Source: a virus (lineage: Duplodnaviria > Caudoviricetes). From it: a stretch of 27,234 nt of DNA. Below are positions 1 through 7,475 of this stretch, one piece after another. A program made the position numbers and the translations under genes. The notes under the pieces were generated by a model. That model was not told the origin of the DNA. It worked only from the letters and a program-made list of their open reading frames with translations, and ran no database searches. Where the stretch lies: positions 1 through 27,234 of IMG/VR virus record IMGVR_UViG_3300020045_001669; one strand, given 5' to 3'. Positions within the stretch are counted from its first letter, which is position 1. The number at the start of each line of letters is the position of its first letter.

Positions 1-69
1 CCGAACGTACAGCAGTGCTTTATTCAAGGTATTAACTTTATCTTGCAAGCTATCCATCATTCTAAGTAA
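1..69 (+). CDS. 3' end of a hypothetical protein (partial, enters from the left edge)
   Basis: Frame 1 is open from base 1 (PNVQQCFIQGINFILQAIHHSK) to TAA at 67-69, directly before the next small ORF. Confidence 0.45.
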   Translation, partial: PNVQQCFIQGINFILQAIHHSK

Positions 70-78
70 GGGTATATT

Positions 79-180
79 ATGAAACTAGTCTACCGTTCTC
101 CTAAGCTGTTCAAACACGCTGAGGGTTATCTTGGAGTGTTTGGTAAGTTCTATCGTCTAGTGAAAATCGGTGAGCACTGA
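79..180 (+). CDS. Small hypothetical protein (33 aa)
   Basis: ATG at 79 after AAGGG, reading MKLVYRSPKLFKHAEGYLGVFGKFYRLVKIGEH to TGA at 178-180. Too short to be in the ORF track. Confidence 0.5.
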   Translation: MKLVYRSPKLFKHAEGYLGVFGKFYRLVKIGEH

Positions 181-218
181 GCTAATCCTTGCGTTTTAGT
201 AGGCTATTTAGCTAGCGG

Positions 219-247
219 TTGACTCTGCTGGTTAGATAGCCTACATT
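219..247 (+). promoter_or_regulatory. Sigma70-like promoter
   Basis: TTGACT (219-224), 17-bp spacer, TACATT (242-247), followed by N3-TACATC. Confidence 0.6.
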
Positions 248-309
248 CACTACATCGACAACCAAGCAAGAACTTTGTTCTTTAGCTTACTAACCAACAA
301 GGAACTGAA

Positions 310-597
310 ATGAGCAACACCTACACACCCGGCCCCTGGAAGCAAGGTTCAACTAATCCAAACAACGTGTCAGCGGGAGATGCACTGGTATGCAGGACAT
401 TTAGTAGGGGTAAATACTCAAACGAAGATAATGCAAATGCTATACTTATTGCGCATGCCCCTGAAATGTTGCAAACATTGGTTGAATTGACTGACTATTT
501 CAACGATATTTCCACGGATAGTTATTACTATCAAGCAACAGCCGCACTGCTTGAGAAAGCAGAACAACTGATTAAATCTGCACAAGGAATTAAGTAA
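310..597 (+). CDS. Phage hypothetical protein (TPGPW...ANAxLIAxAP type)
   Basis: AAGGAAC RBS. The TPGPW and NANAILIAHAPEM motifs are typical of a common small phage early protein family of unknown function. Confidence 0.7.
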   Translation: MSNTYTPGPWKQGSTNPNNVSAGDALVCRTFSRGKYSNEDNANAILIAHAPEMLQTLVELTDYFNDISTDSYYYQATAALLEKAEQLIKSAQGIK

Positions 598-962
598 TGA
601 AAACCAAACACCTGATCGCTGCCGTAGCAATGTTCTGCAGTACCACTAGCTTTGCTGCTTGCACTGAGAGCCTGCAGTTTGCCCGCGATAAACAACTTCA
701 TGCAGCCGGTAGTGCTGTGCTAGCATCTGCTGCTACGCTAGCTACTGACGATCCAGTCAAGGGCTTTGCTGCTGCTATGGCTGTAGGCATCGCCAAGGAA
801 GCGTATGATAAATACTCAGGTAAAGGCTGCGCTAGCTACGCTGATGTAGCTTACGATGCGCTTGGGGCTGCAGCAGGGGCTTATCTGACGTACAAAGTAA
901 AGAACTGGTACGTACAGCCCAGCCGTAACGGTGTTAAGATCGGTTATGTTGTCGGTTTTTGA
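597..962 (+). CDS. Exported/membrane protein, YfiM/VanZ-like
   Basis: N-terminal signal-like peptide, then DKQLH...GIAKEAYD...ASYADVAYDALGA, the pattern of YfiM/VanZ-type membrane proteins. Overlaps the upstream stop (TAATG). Confidence 0.6.
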   Translation: MKTKHLIAAVAMFCSTTSFAACTESLQFARDKQLHAAGSAVLASAATLATDDPVKGFAAAMAVGIAKEAYDKYSGKGCASYADVAYDALGAAAGAYLTYKVKNWYVQPSRNGVKIGYVVGF

Positions 963-973
963 TTGGAGTACAA

Positions 974-1183
974 ATGTTTGATTTACAAGTACTTACCGGA
1001 TTAGTTCTAGCTTTTATAGTAGGTTGTACTATTGGTGCGGTAACGTCTACTATGGCTACAGCCTCTAAAATACAAGAGGCAATTGCACCAATGCAGCAGA
1101 TGCAAGCTAAGTGCGAGCAGTCATTACCACGCGATCAGAAATGCGTAGTGATGTTTGTACCACAACAAGTAAAGCAACCGTAA
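974..1183 (+). CDS. Small membrane protein
   Basis: Start moved to ATG 974 (GGAG at 965-968). One N-terminal hydrophobic helix and a C-terminal Cys pair. Confidence 0.6.
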   Translation: MFDLQVLTGLVLAFIVGCTIGAVTSTMATASKIQEAIAPMQQMQAKCEQSLPRDQKCVVMFVPQQVKQP

Positions 1184-1185
1184 TC

Positions 1186-1353
1186 ATGGAAAACAGCGTA
1201 ATAATCTGGCGATGGCCTTGTGGTACTTGGACGGACGATAAGCGTGAATTTCTAGATATGATCTGCTATAAGTCAGATGATTACGAAGTTCTTAGCTTGA
1301 CTGAAGATCAATACCGCAAGTTTGTAGATACAGGAGTTATTGAGGATGAGTAA
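1186..1353 (+). CDS. Small hypothetical protein (55 aa, WPCGTW motif)
   Basis: Start moved to ATG 1186, just after the upstream stop. Acidic small phage protein MENSVIIWRWPCGTW... Confidence 0.55.
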   Translation: MENSVIIWRWPCGTWTDDKREFLDMICYKSDDYEVLSLTEDQYRKFVDTGVIEDE

Positions 1354-1385
1354 TTGATTAAACCAGCAAAGGAGCATAGGTAAGC

Positions 1386-3212
1386 ATGAGCACGTTTATC
1401 GGGCATGGAAGTTGTAGTTCATGCGGTAGTAAAGATAACTTTGCTAGTTATCGTGATGATGACGGTAGCGTAAGCGGGCATTGCTTCGGCTGTCAGTTCA
1501 CGATTCCTAGTAAACAGTGGCTGAAAGCCGCTGGCGGTAGCAAGCGTTGGATTGAAGAAAATAGTAATGGTAGCAACGGTGGTAAACACCGTAAGTTTAA
1601 CGGACGTACACAAAGCGAGCAAACGGATATGCATGAATTTCAAGATAAGCAAGAGCAACCCCAAAAGCAGGCAGTAACTGCAGAACAGACCGCAGAACTT
1701 AAAGAACGTACTTCGCTCAAGGGTTCTGGCTATCGGGGAATCCGAGATGATGTTCTCGCTAAATTTGGAGTACGTACTGAATACAACGAACAGACAGGGG
1801 AAGTCCATGCTGTTTACTATCCATGCACTGAGGATAGTTCGCTTGTAGGCTGGAAGCCGCGCGTTCATCCTAAGTTGTTCGGTGTCGGTGTCCTTGGTCG
1901 TGTAGGAGCTAGCTGTGACTTATTTGGTCAGTTTCGGTTTAAGACCCCAGGTAAGGTCTGTCTAATCGTAGGAGGCGAGCATGACCAGCTAGCGGCTTAT
2001 CAAATGCTACGGGATTACTACGATAGCAAAGGCTGGGATTTTGACGCGATTGTCGTAAGTTCTACTGTGGGGGAAACTAGTTCAGCGAAACAGGTTGCCA
2101 AGCAATACCAGTGGTTTGATTCTCACGATAAAATTATCGTTGGGCTTGATAACGATAAGAAAGGTATTATTGCTGCTGAGAAAGTTATTCAGGCTCTACC
2201 AAAGGGTAAGGTGTTTGTTGCTAAATGGAGTAAAAAAGACCCTAACGAGATGCTGCAGGAAGGCATGGAGAAGCAGTTTATCTCTGATTACTACAACGCT
2301 AAGGCGTGGGTTCCTGCCGGCGTAGTTGGTAGTTCTGAGCTTTACGGTAAGCTGCTTGAACAAGCAGGGCGGGAGCGTATTCCGTTTCCACCGTTTATGC
2401 ACAAGCTAGAGAAGATGCTCGGCTCGTTTGAGCTGCAAACGTGCGGTGTCATAGCTGCAGGTACAGGTGCTGCGAAAACAACTATCGCAAACGAAATCAT
2501 TTATCACTTGCTGTTTAATACAAAGTACAAAACAGGTGTTGTCAGTCTAGAGCTTGACTCGGGGCAGTATGCACAGGCTTTGCTTTCTCGGCATATTCAT
2601 AATCGTATTTCATCTATTGATGATCCGGCTGAGCGGATTAATTATCTGAAGTCTGATCAAGTAAAGGCTAAGGCCGATGAACTGTTCATGACCGAAACTG
2701 GTGCAGATCGTTTTATGGTTCTTGATGAGCGAGACTTCAGTATCTCTGTCTTGAAGGACAAGATTTTAGAAATGATTATTTCAGGGGGTTGTCAAATCAT
2801 AGTGCTTGATCCAGTTTCGGATGCGTTCGAGGGTTTACCCCATGAGGTAGCTGCAGATTTCATGAAATTTCTCAAGAGCACTATGAAGTCCTACCCGTGT
2901 TCGTTCCTTCTGTTAGCCCACATTCGCAAATCAAACGATAACAAGGGTGCAGCTAGTTCTGGCGCTTTTGTACCTGAAGAAGCAATTTACGGTTCTGGTG
3001 CGCTGACTAAAAGCGCAAGCTGGGTAGCAATGCTATCTCGGGACAAGTACAACAACGACCCAATCATTAGAAACTCAACTAACATTGTTCTAAGTAAAAA
3101 CCGTAGAGGTAGTGTTACCGGTGAAGCAGGCACTCTTTACTACTGTTCCGACACCCATCAGATGTACGATCTCGATGATTGGAAGCGAGAAAACGGCATT
3201 GACAGCTTTTAA
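1386..3212 (+). CDS. DNA primase/helicase (T7 gp4-like)
   Basis: N-terminal Zn ribbon (CSSC...HCFGC), TOPRIM motifs (GGEHD, LDNDKKG, KDPNEML), and SF4 helicase motifs (AGTGAAKTT, SLE, IIVLDP, AHIRK, GSGAL, KNR). Confidence 0.93.
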   Translation: MSTFIGHGSCSSCGSKDNFASYRDDDGSVSGHCFGCQFTIPSKQWLKAAGGSKRWIEENSNGSNGGKHRKFNGRTQSEQTDMHEFQDKQEQPQKQAVTAEQTAELKERTSLKGSGYRGIRDDVLAKFGVRTEYNEQTGEVHAVYYPCTEDSSLVGWKPRVHPKLFGVGVLGRVGASCDLFGQFRFKTPGKVCLIVGGEHDQLAAYQMLRDYYDSKGWDFDAIVVSSTVGETSSAKQVAKQYQWFDSHDKIIVGLDNDKKGIIAAEKVIQALPKGKVFVAKWSKKDPNEMLQEGMEKQFISDYYNAKAWVPAGVVGSSELYGKLLEQAGRERIPFPPFMHKLEKMLGSFELQTCGVIAAGTGAAKTTIANEIIYHLLFNTKYKTGVVSLELDSGQYAQALLSRHIHNRISSIDDPAERINYLKSDQVKAKADELFMTETGADRFMVLDERDFSISVLKDKILEMIISGGCQIIVLDPVSDAFEGLPHEVAADFMKFLKSTMKSYPCSFLLLAHIRKSNDNKGAASSGAFVPEEAIYGSGALTKSASWVAMLSRDKYNNDPIIRNSTNIVLSKNRRGSVTGEAGTLYYCSDTHQMYDLDDWKRENGIDSF

Positions 3213-3225
3213 ACAGGAGTAAACT

Positions 3226-3951
3226 ATGAACAGAAAACTAATACTAAACGTAGGCGATGTCATCAAGACAACAAACACAGGAAGCTGTACTGTTCTCAGT
3301 ATTGATAAGCAGGTCGTTACTGTGTTGTTTCCAACAGGTTTTAAGACTGAAGTTCTTAAAGGAAACTTACTGCGTGGCGCAGCCCGCGATCCTTTATTTC
3401 CTATTGTCTTTAACAAAGGTTATGGAGGGGTTGGAGAATACACAATGCACAATAACATTCGTTATCATAAATGGCGCAGTATGATGACAAGGTGTTACAG
3501 CGAAGAATACAAGAAACTACATCCAACTTACGAGGATGTAACCTGTGATCCAAGTTGGTTAAATTATCAAGTGTTTGCAAAGTGGGTTGACGAACAGAAA
3601 TACGCTGTCAAAGGCTTTGATCTGGATAAAGACTGGAAAGTGCTAGGCAATAAAGTATATTCAGAAACAACAGCTTCTTTTATGCCTCAAGAATTAAATA
3701 AGATAACAAAAAGAGATAGTTTAGGTATTTCAACAAGACCAGACCTAAATGGTAAATGGATGGCTAGATACCAAAAAGGGGATGAAGGCGAGATTTATCT
3801 TGGCTGCTATGACTATGATACAGCCTTGGCTGTTTACAAGAAAGCAAAGACAGCTTATATACAAGAACGTGCTTTATTTTGGGAATCTAAAATAGACAAG
3901 CAAGTGTTTCATAACCTTATGACTCAACCGTTGTTTTATATGAAGCATTGA
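3226..3951 (+). CDS. Free-standing HNH-family (homing) endonuclease with AP2-like C-terminus
   Basis: KWRSMMTRCY, YEDVTCDPSW, FAKW, LDKD...GNKVYS...FMPQELN, plus KWMARY...YLG...ALAVYKKAK. AT-richer than its neighbours. Confidence 0.8.
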   Translation: MNRKLILNVGDVIKTTNTGSCTVLSIDKQVVTVLFPTGFKTEVLKGNLLRGAARDPLFPIVFNKGYGGVGEYTMHNNIRYHKWRSMMTRCYSEEYKKLHPTYEDVTCDPSWLNYQVFAKWVDEQKYAVKGFDLDKDWKVLGNKVYSETTASFMPQELNKITKRDSLGISTRPDLNGKWMARYQKGDEGEIYLGCYDYDTALAVYKKAKTAYIQERALFWESKIDKQVFHNLMTQPLFYMKH

Positions 3952-3982
3952 ATCATAGCTGGGGAGACAAGCAGATAACCAC

Positions 3983-4008
3983 GCAGCCTTCGGGCTGCTT
4001 TTTCTTTT
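3983..4008 (+). terminator. Rho-independent terminator
   Basis: GCAGCC-TTCG-GGCTGC hairpin (cUUCGg loop) followed by TTTTTCTTTT. Confidence 0.85.
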
Positions 4009-4080
4009 GCCGGTCTCCTTGCAGGTCTAGCGCCCGCTCTAACTCCAGTTCTACCCACAGGGTCTAGTCTATCGTTAGGC

Positions 4081-4109
4081 TTGCACTCCCGCATCTGCAG
4101 TGCTATGAT
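4081..4109 (+). promoter_or_regulatory. Sigma70-like promoter of the DNA polymerase gene
   Basis: TTGCAC, 17-bp spacer, TATGAT with an extended -10 TG. AAGGAAC RBS downstream. Confidence 0.65.
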
Positions 4110-4132
4110 CCACAGCCTAACGAAAGGAACAC

Positions 4133-6466
4133 ATGCGTTTTATCATTGACATTGAAAGCAACAACCTGCTGCAGAACGGTCTGGACTACTCTGCAATGCC
4201 ATATCGGCTGAAACCAGACTACAAAGTACATTGCGTAGTGCTTCGGCATGTAGACTCAGGGGCTGTAAAGACGCTCGTTGGAGCAGAGATTACCAAAGAA
4301 AACCTACAGCATTCGCTACGCAAGTGCAGTGAGCTTATCGGGCACAACATCGTCGCGTTTGACCTTCCAGTGCTGCAGTTGCACGGAGTGCTGGACTACG
4401 ACATTGCATATCCGGGGAAGCAAAGCACTTTGTTTGGAAAGCCTTGCCAAATCACAGATACGCTGCTTTGGTCAAAGTTGCTTAACGCTGATCGCTTTGG
4501 TGGTCATAGCCTAGCAGCATGGGGTAAGCGTCTAGGTAACTACAAAGGCGATTTTTCTGATTGGGACAACTACTCCCAAGAAATGCTTGATTACTGCGTT
4601 CAAGACACAGCGGTTAATTGCAGTATCCTAGAAGCGTTGCTTAAAGAGATTGGGCAGCACGATTGGTCAGTTCCTTACAGCATGGAAGTAAAGCTAAACG
4701 ATCTTACGCTAAAGCAAGAACTGTTTGGATTTGCTTTTGACTCTGATCTAGCACAGCGTAATATCCAAGAGCTTGCTTTGCTTATGAAAAACATTGCTGC
4801 TGGTGTTGATCCGCTTCTCCCAAAGAAAAAGATGCCCAAGACCGAGAGCAATGCTTACGTGCTTCCAAAGATCAAGTTCAAGAAGAACGGAGAGATTTCA
4901 GCTAATCTACAAAAGTTCCTAGATAAGCTGGGGGCTACGCTGTCTGCTGATAACAAGACAGTTCTGTACGATGGCAAGACTTTTGACGTTTTTACAGAAC
5001 AACCCCTGAAGTCAGAAACAGAATCTACAGTTGAGGATATTGATGTAGTCAAGAGCTACTTGTTGTCGCTTGGTTGGAAACCGACTGAAGTAAAAGAACG
5101 AGACATTACGAAGAACCAAGACAAAACCATCAAGAAAGTTCCAGAGATTGTTGAAGCTATTGAACGATATATCAAACAAACAGAAGACTCTCTGTTCAAG
5201 CAGCTTCGGCTAGACCACATGGAGATTGAAGCGAAAGACTTGCGAAAGCACCTTATGAAAACGCTAGAGGATACGAAGCCTCAAACAAAGTTCAACAAGC
5301 CTCAAGCTCAAAAGCCGATCTTTCTGCCTACAACCCCTAAGTTAACCGTAGGCGTCGAAAAGGAAATCTGTCCTAATCTGATTGAGCTAGGCCAGAAAGC
5401 AGAGTTTGTTAAGGACGTTGTTTACTACTACACGTATCGACACCGCAAGAACTCAATTGCTGGTGGGGCCGTGGATGAAGACGGAGAGCCTGTAACCGGC
5501 TTTGTCAGTGCTGTACGCGAGGATGGGCGTATCCCTACGCCTGCTGATACGCTAGGTGCAAACACCGGGCGCTATCGGCATCGACTGGTGTGTAATGTGC
5601 CGCGTGTTACGTCGCTGTACGGTGATAAAATGCGTGCGTTGTTCGGTTGTGGTAGCGGTTTGTACCAGCTTGGGTTTGACTTTGCTTCGTTGGAAGCTCG
5701 TATCATGGGACACTACGTTATTCCGTACAAAGACGGTGTAGAACTTGCTGAGGCTCTTGTAGCAGAAAAGCCTAATGACATCCATACCCTCAATAGCAAG
5801 AAACTAGGCATTGATCGCAGTGCAGCTAAGAGCTTTTCTTACGCTGCTATTTACGGAGCACAGCCAAAGAAGCTGTCCAAGATGCTAGGCATTAGCGAGT
5901 CAGAAGGTAAACGCTTGTTCAGCGAATATTGGGAAGCTGTACCTGCGCTTAAAGAACTAAAGCTAAAGGTAGAGAAAGAATGGGAATCTACCGGCAAGAA
6001 GTCTATTGCTGGTTTGGATGGTCGATTGCTCAATACACGCTCTAAGCACTCTTTGATTAACGTCTTGTTCCAGTCTGGTGGGGCTATTGCAGCTAAGTGG
6101 TCTTCTGTGCTTATTGCAGAGCATCTAGAAGATCGTGGTTTGCTAGGCAATCCGTTCAAGCATACAAAACAAGACGTTAAGGTTTGGTTTATGATTGCTT
6201 ATCACGATGAATGCCAGTTTGCAGTTCACCCTAGTCTTATCCGAGCTAGGAATTTGGCTGACGATAAGCAAGCTGCGGAATTTGCAAGCAGCACCCCAGG
6301 GGCTAGCGCAATCGGTCACGGTAGCAAAGGGGCTTACGTTGGCATCAAGACCGCTCCTGTAGAGGCTATTGCAGACGGCATCAAGCAGGCTGTAGAGAAG
6401 CTGAGCTTGAACGTAGACCTTGGCTTTGAATGGATACCAGGGACTGACTGGCGACAGTGTCACTAA
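4133..6466 (+). CDS. polA: DNA polymerase, family A (T7 gp5-like, 3'-5' exonuclease + polymerase)
   Basis: Exo I DIE, Exo II HNIVAFD, Exo III YCVQD, motif A DFASLEAR, motif B RSAAKSFSYAAIYG, motif C HDE. No 5'-3' exonuclease domain. Confidence 0.95.
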   Translation: MRFIIDIESNNLLQNGLDYSAMPYRLKPDYKVHCVVLRHVDSGAVKTLVGAEITKENLQHSLRKCSELIGHNIVAFDLPVLQLHGVLDYDIAYPGKQSTLFGKPCQITDTLLWSKLLNADRFGGHSLAAWGKRLGNYKGDFSDWDNYSQEMLDYCVQDTAVNCSILEALLKEIGQHDWSVPYSMEVKLNDLTLKQELFGFAFDSDLAQRNIQELALLMKNIAAGVDPLLPKKKMPKTESNAYVLPKIKFKKNGEISANLQKFLDKLGATLSADNKTVLYDGKTFDVFTEQPLKSETESTVEDIDVVKSYLLSLGWKPTEVKERDITKNQDKTIKKVPEIVEAIERYIKQTEDSLFKQLRLDHMEIEAKDLRKHLMKTLEDTKPQTKFNKPQAQKPIFLPTTPKLTVGVEKEICPNLIELGQKAEFVKDVVYYYTYRHRKNSIAGGAVDEDGEPVTGFVSAVREDGRIPTPADTLGANTGRYRHRLVCNVPRVTSLYGDKMRALFGCGSGLYQLGFDFASLEARIMGHYVIPYKDGVELAEALVAEKPNDIHTLNSKKLGIDRSAAKSFSYAAIYGAQPKKLSKMLGISESEGKRLFSEYWEAVPALKELKLKVEKEWESTGKKSIAGLDGRLLNTRSKHSLINVLFQSGGAIAAKWSSVLIAEHLEDRGLLGNPFKHTKQDVKVWFMIAYHDECQFAVHPSLIRARNLADDKQAAEFASSTPGASAIGHGSKGAYVGIKTAPVEAIADGIKQAVEKLSLNVDLGFEWIPGTDWRQCH

Positions 6467-6500
6467 TAACCCTACTACCAGCTCTACCTTCACAAACTGC

Positions 6501-6529
6501 TTGACAACCTCCCGCTCCTAACGCACAAT
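6501..6529 (+). promoter_or_regulatory. Sigma70-like promoter upstream of ORF 6598 and the RNA cluster
   Basis: TTGACA, 17-bp spacer, CACAAT, followed by N3-TACATC as in the promoter at 219-247. Confidence 0.6.
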
Positions 6530-6597
6530 CCTTACATCAGATCAACGACCGACCTACCACTAACTCAGCCAACAATTCTCTAAACAGAAAGCAGCAA

Positions 6598-6966
6598 ATG
6601 AACAAAGTTATTACGATCAACAACGTAAACTATCAGCTTTTTCAAAATCCGACTGACGGTAGTTGCGAAGGCTGTACATTTCAAGATAATCGTGCAAGTT
6701 GTCGCGCAGCTTGCGAAATAACTGATTGCAACTACGGTGGTAAATGGAAAGAAATCCAAGCAGATGAACCCGCAGTTACACCAATCGCAAATCCATCTGG
6801 CTCAACCTTCGTTTACGACAAGCACTATCAAACGCTTATCCTAAGCCGTGATAACCAAGAAGTTCAGCGTATGCAAGTCCAGCCGCATGAACTTCAGACA
6901 TTGCTGCAGTTCTTATCCGATGTAAAACTAAGCGATTTGATTGTTGACAGCAGCAACAATAGCTAA
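6598..6966 (+). CDS. Hypothetical protein with Cys-rich N-terminal domain
   Basis: CEGCTF...C...C....C pattern (possible metal binding). GAAAG upstream of ATG. Confidence 0.65.
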   Translation: MNKVITINNVNYQLFQNPTDGSCEGCTFQDNRASCRAACEITDCNYGGKWKEIQADEPAVTPIANPSGSTFVYDKHYQTLILSRDNQEVQRMQVQPHELQTLLQFLSDVKLSDLIVDSSNNS

Positions 6967-6970
6967 TAGA

Positions 6971-7156
6971 ATAGCCTCAGCCATCGGAAATAGCACGTAG
7001 AACCGTAATCGTGCGGCTTAAGACGAAACGGTGACACCCAGGAGAGACTGGGACCATCAGATAAGCAGGTTCGTGAGCCAGGAACGTTGGACTGGCGAAA
7101 CGGTACGGAAACCACACAGCCGAAAGCAAATGTCGGTAGCCTGCTTTTCTGATGGT
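6971..7156 (+). ncRNA. Putative structured non-coding RNA(s), family unassigned
   Basis: GCACG/CGTGC hairpin whose loop ACCGT can pair with ACGGT (7028-7032), CCCAG-GAGAGA-CTGGG hairpin, and a 16/17-bp helix 7053-7069/7140-7156 enclosing several small hairpins. Confidence 0.5.
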
Positions 7157-7274
7157 GAATGCGCAGGCTGATGCGCAGCAGTAATGGCATGTTTCGCGTA
7201 AATAAGAGACTTGGGATCGGCTGAAAGTACGCCGATAAATAGCGCGATTGCCGGGATCAGCACCGGCCACCATC
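7151..7274 (+). ncRNA. Putative tRNA-shaped ncRNA with loop-loop pseudoknot
   Basis: Closing stem GATGGTG/CACCATC. Hairpins TGCGCA-GGCTGA-TGCGCA and GCCGG-GATCAGCA-CCGGC have complementary loops (GCTGA/TCAGC). Internal ATCGGC/GCCGAT and TCGCG/CGCGA helices. Confidence 0.65.
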
Positions 7275-7284
7275 TTTATACATG

Positions 7285-7372
7285 CTCTCGTGTCCTTGCA
7301 GTAGCCTTCTAAGCTACCATCGTTAAACGGCAAGACGGATGATAAGAGGTTCGATTCCTCCACGAGAGTCCA
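7285..7372 (+). tRNA. Non-canonical tRNA-Arg(UCU)-like RNA lacking a D arm
   Basis: Acceptor CTCTCGTG/CACGAGAG + T + encoded CCA, T arm GAGG-TTCGATT-CCTC, anticodon arm GTAGC-CTTCTAA-GCTAC (anticodon TCT 7308-7310), long variable region. Only 8 nt where the D arm should be. Confidence 0.7.
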
Positions 7373-7383
7373 TATAATTCCGT

Positions 7384-7411
7384 TTGACAAGTTGATGATC
7401 TTGCGTAAAAT
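7384..7411 (+). promoter_or_regulatory. Sigma70-like promoter of the SSB operon
   Basis: TTGACA, 16-bp spacer, TAAAAT. Confidence 0.55.
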
Positions 7412-7475
7412 CATCGTTTTCTAGTCGTGACTAATCTAATCGTCACATACCACACTCCTACATAAAGGAACCTCA

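Noticed and set aside
4010-4080. Possible third TA-phased tract upstream of the polA promoter
   Set aside because: It is short, with irregular spacing nearer 12 bp, and not distinguishable from background by eye.
7306-7312. Amber suppressor (CUA) reading of the anticodon loop, and TAG recoding
   Set aside because: The 7-nt loop CTTCTAA centres on TCT. Genes are full length in the standard code and TAG appears to end ORF 12769-13023.
6971-7372. tmRNA or a known small ribozyme/riboswitch
   Set aside because: The acceptor stem closes locally over 88 nt with no G3-U70 pair and no tag ORF. I found no complete hammerhead, HDV/theta, twister, pistol or c-di-GMP core by eye. An Rfam scan is still needed.
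6963-7414. Three minus-strand ORFs (6963-7190, 6977-7414, 7057-7263)
   Set aside because: They are antisense to the + strand arm, have no protein motifs and overlap a helix-dense RNA cluster, so they are most likely shadow ORFs.
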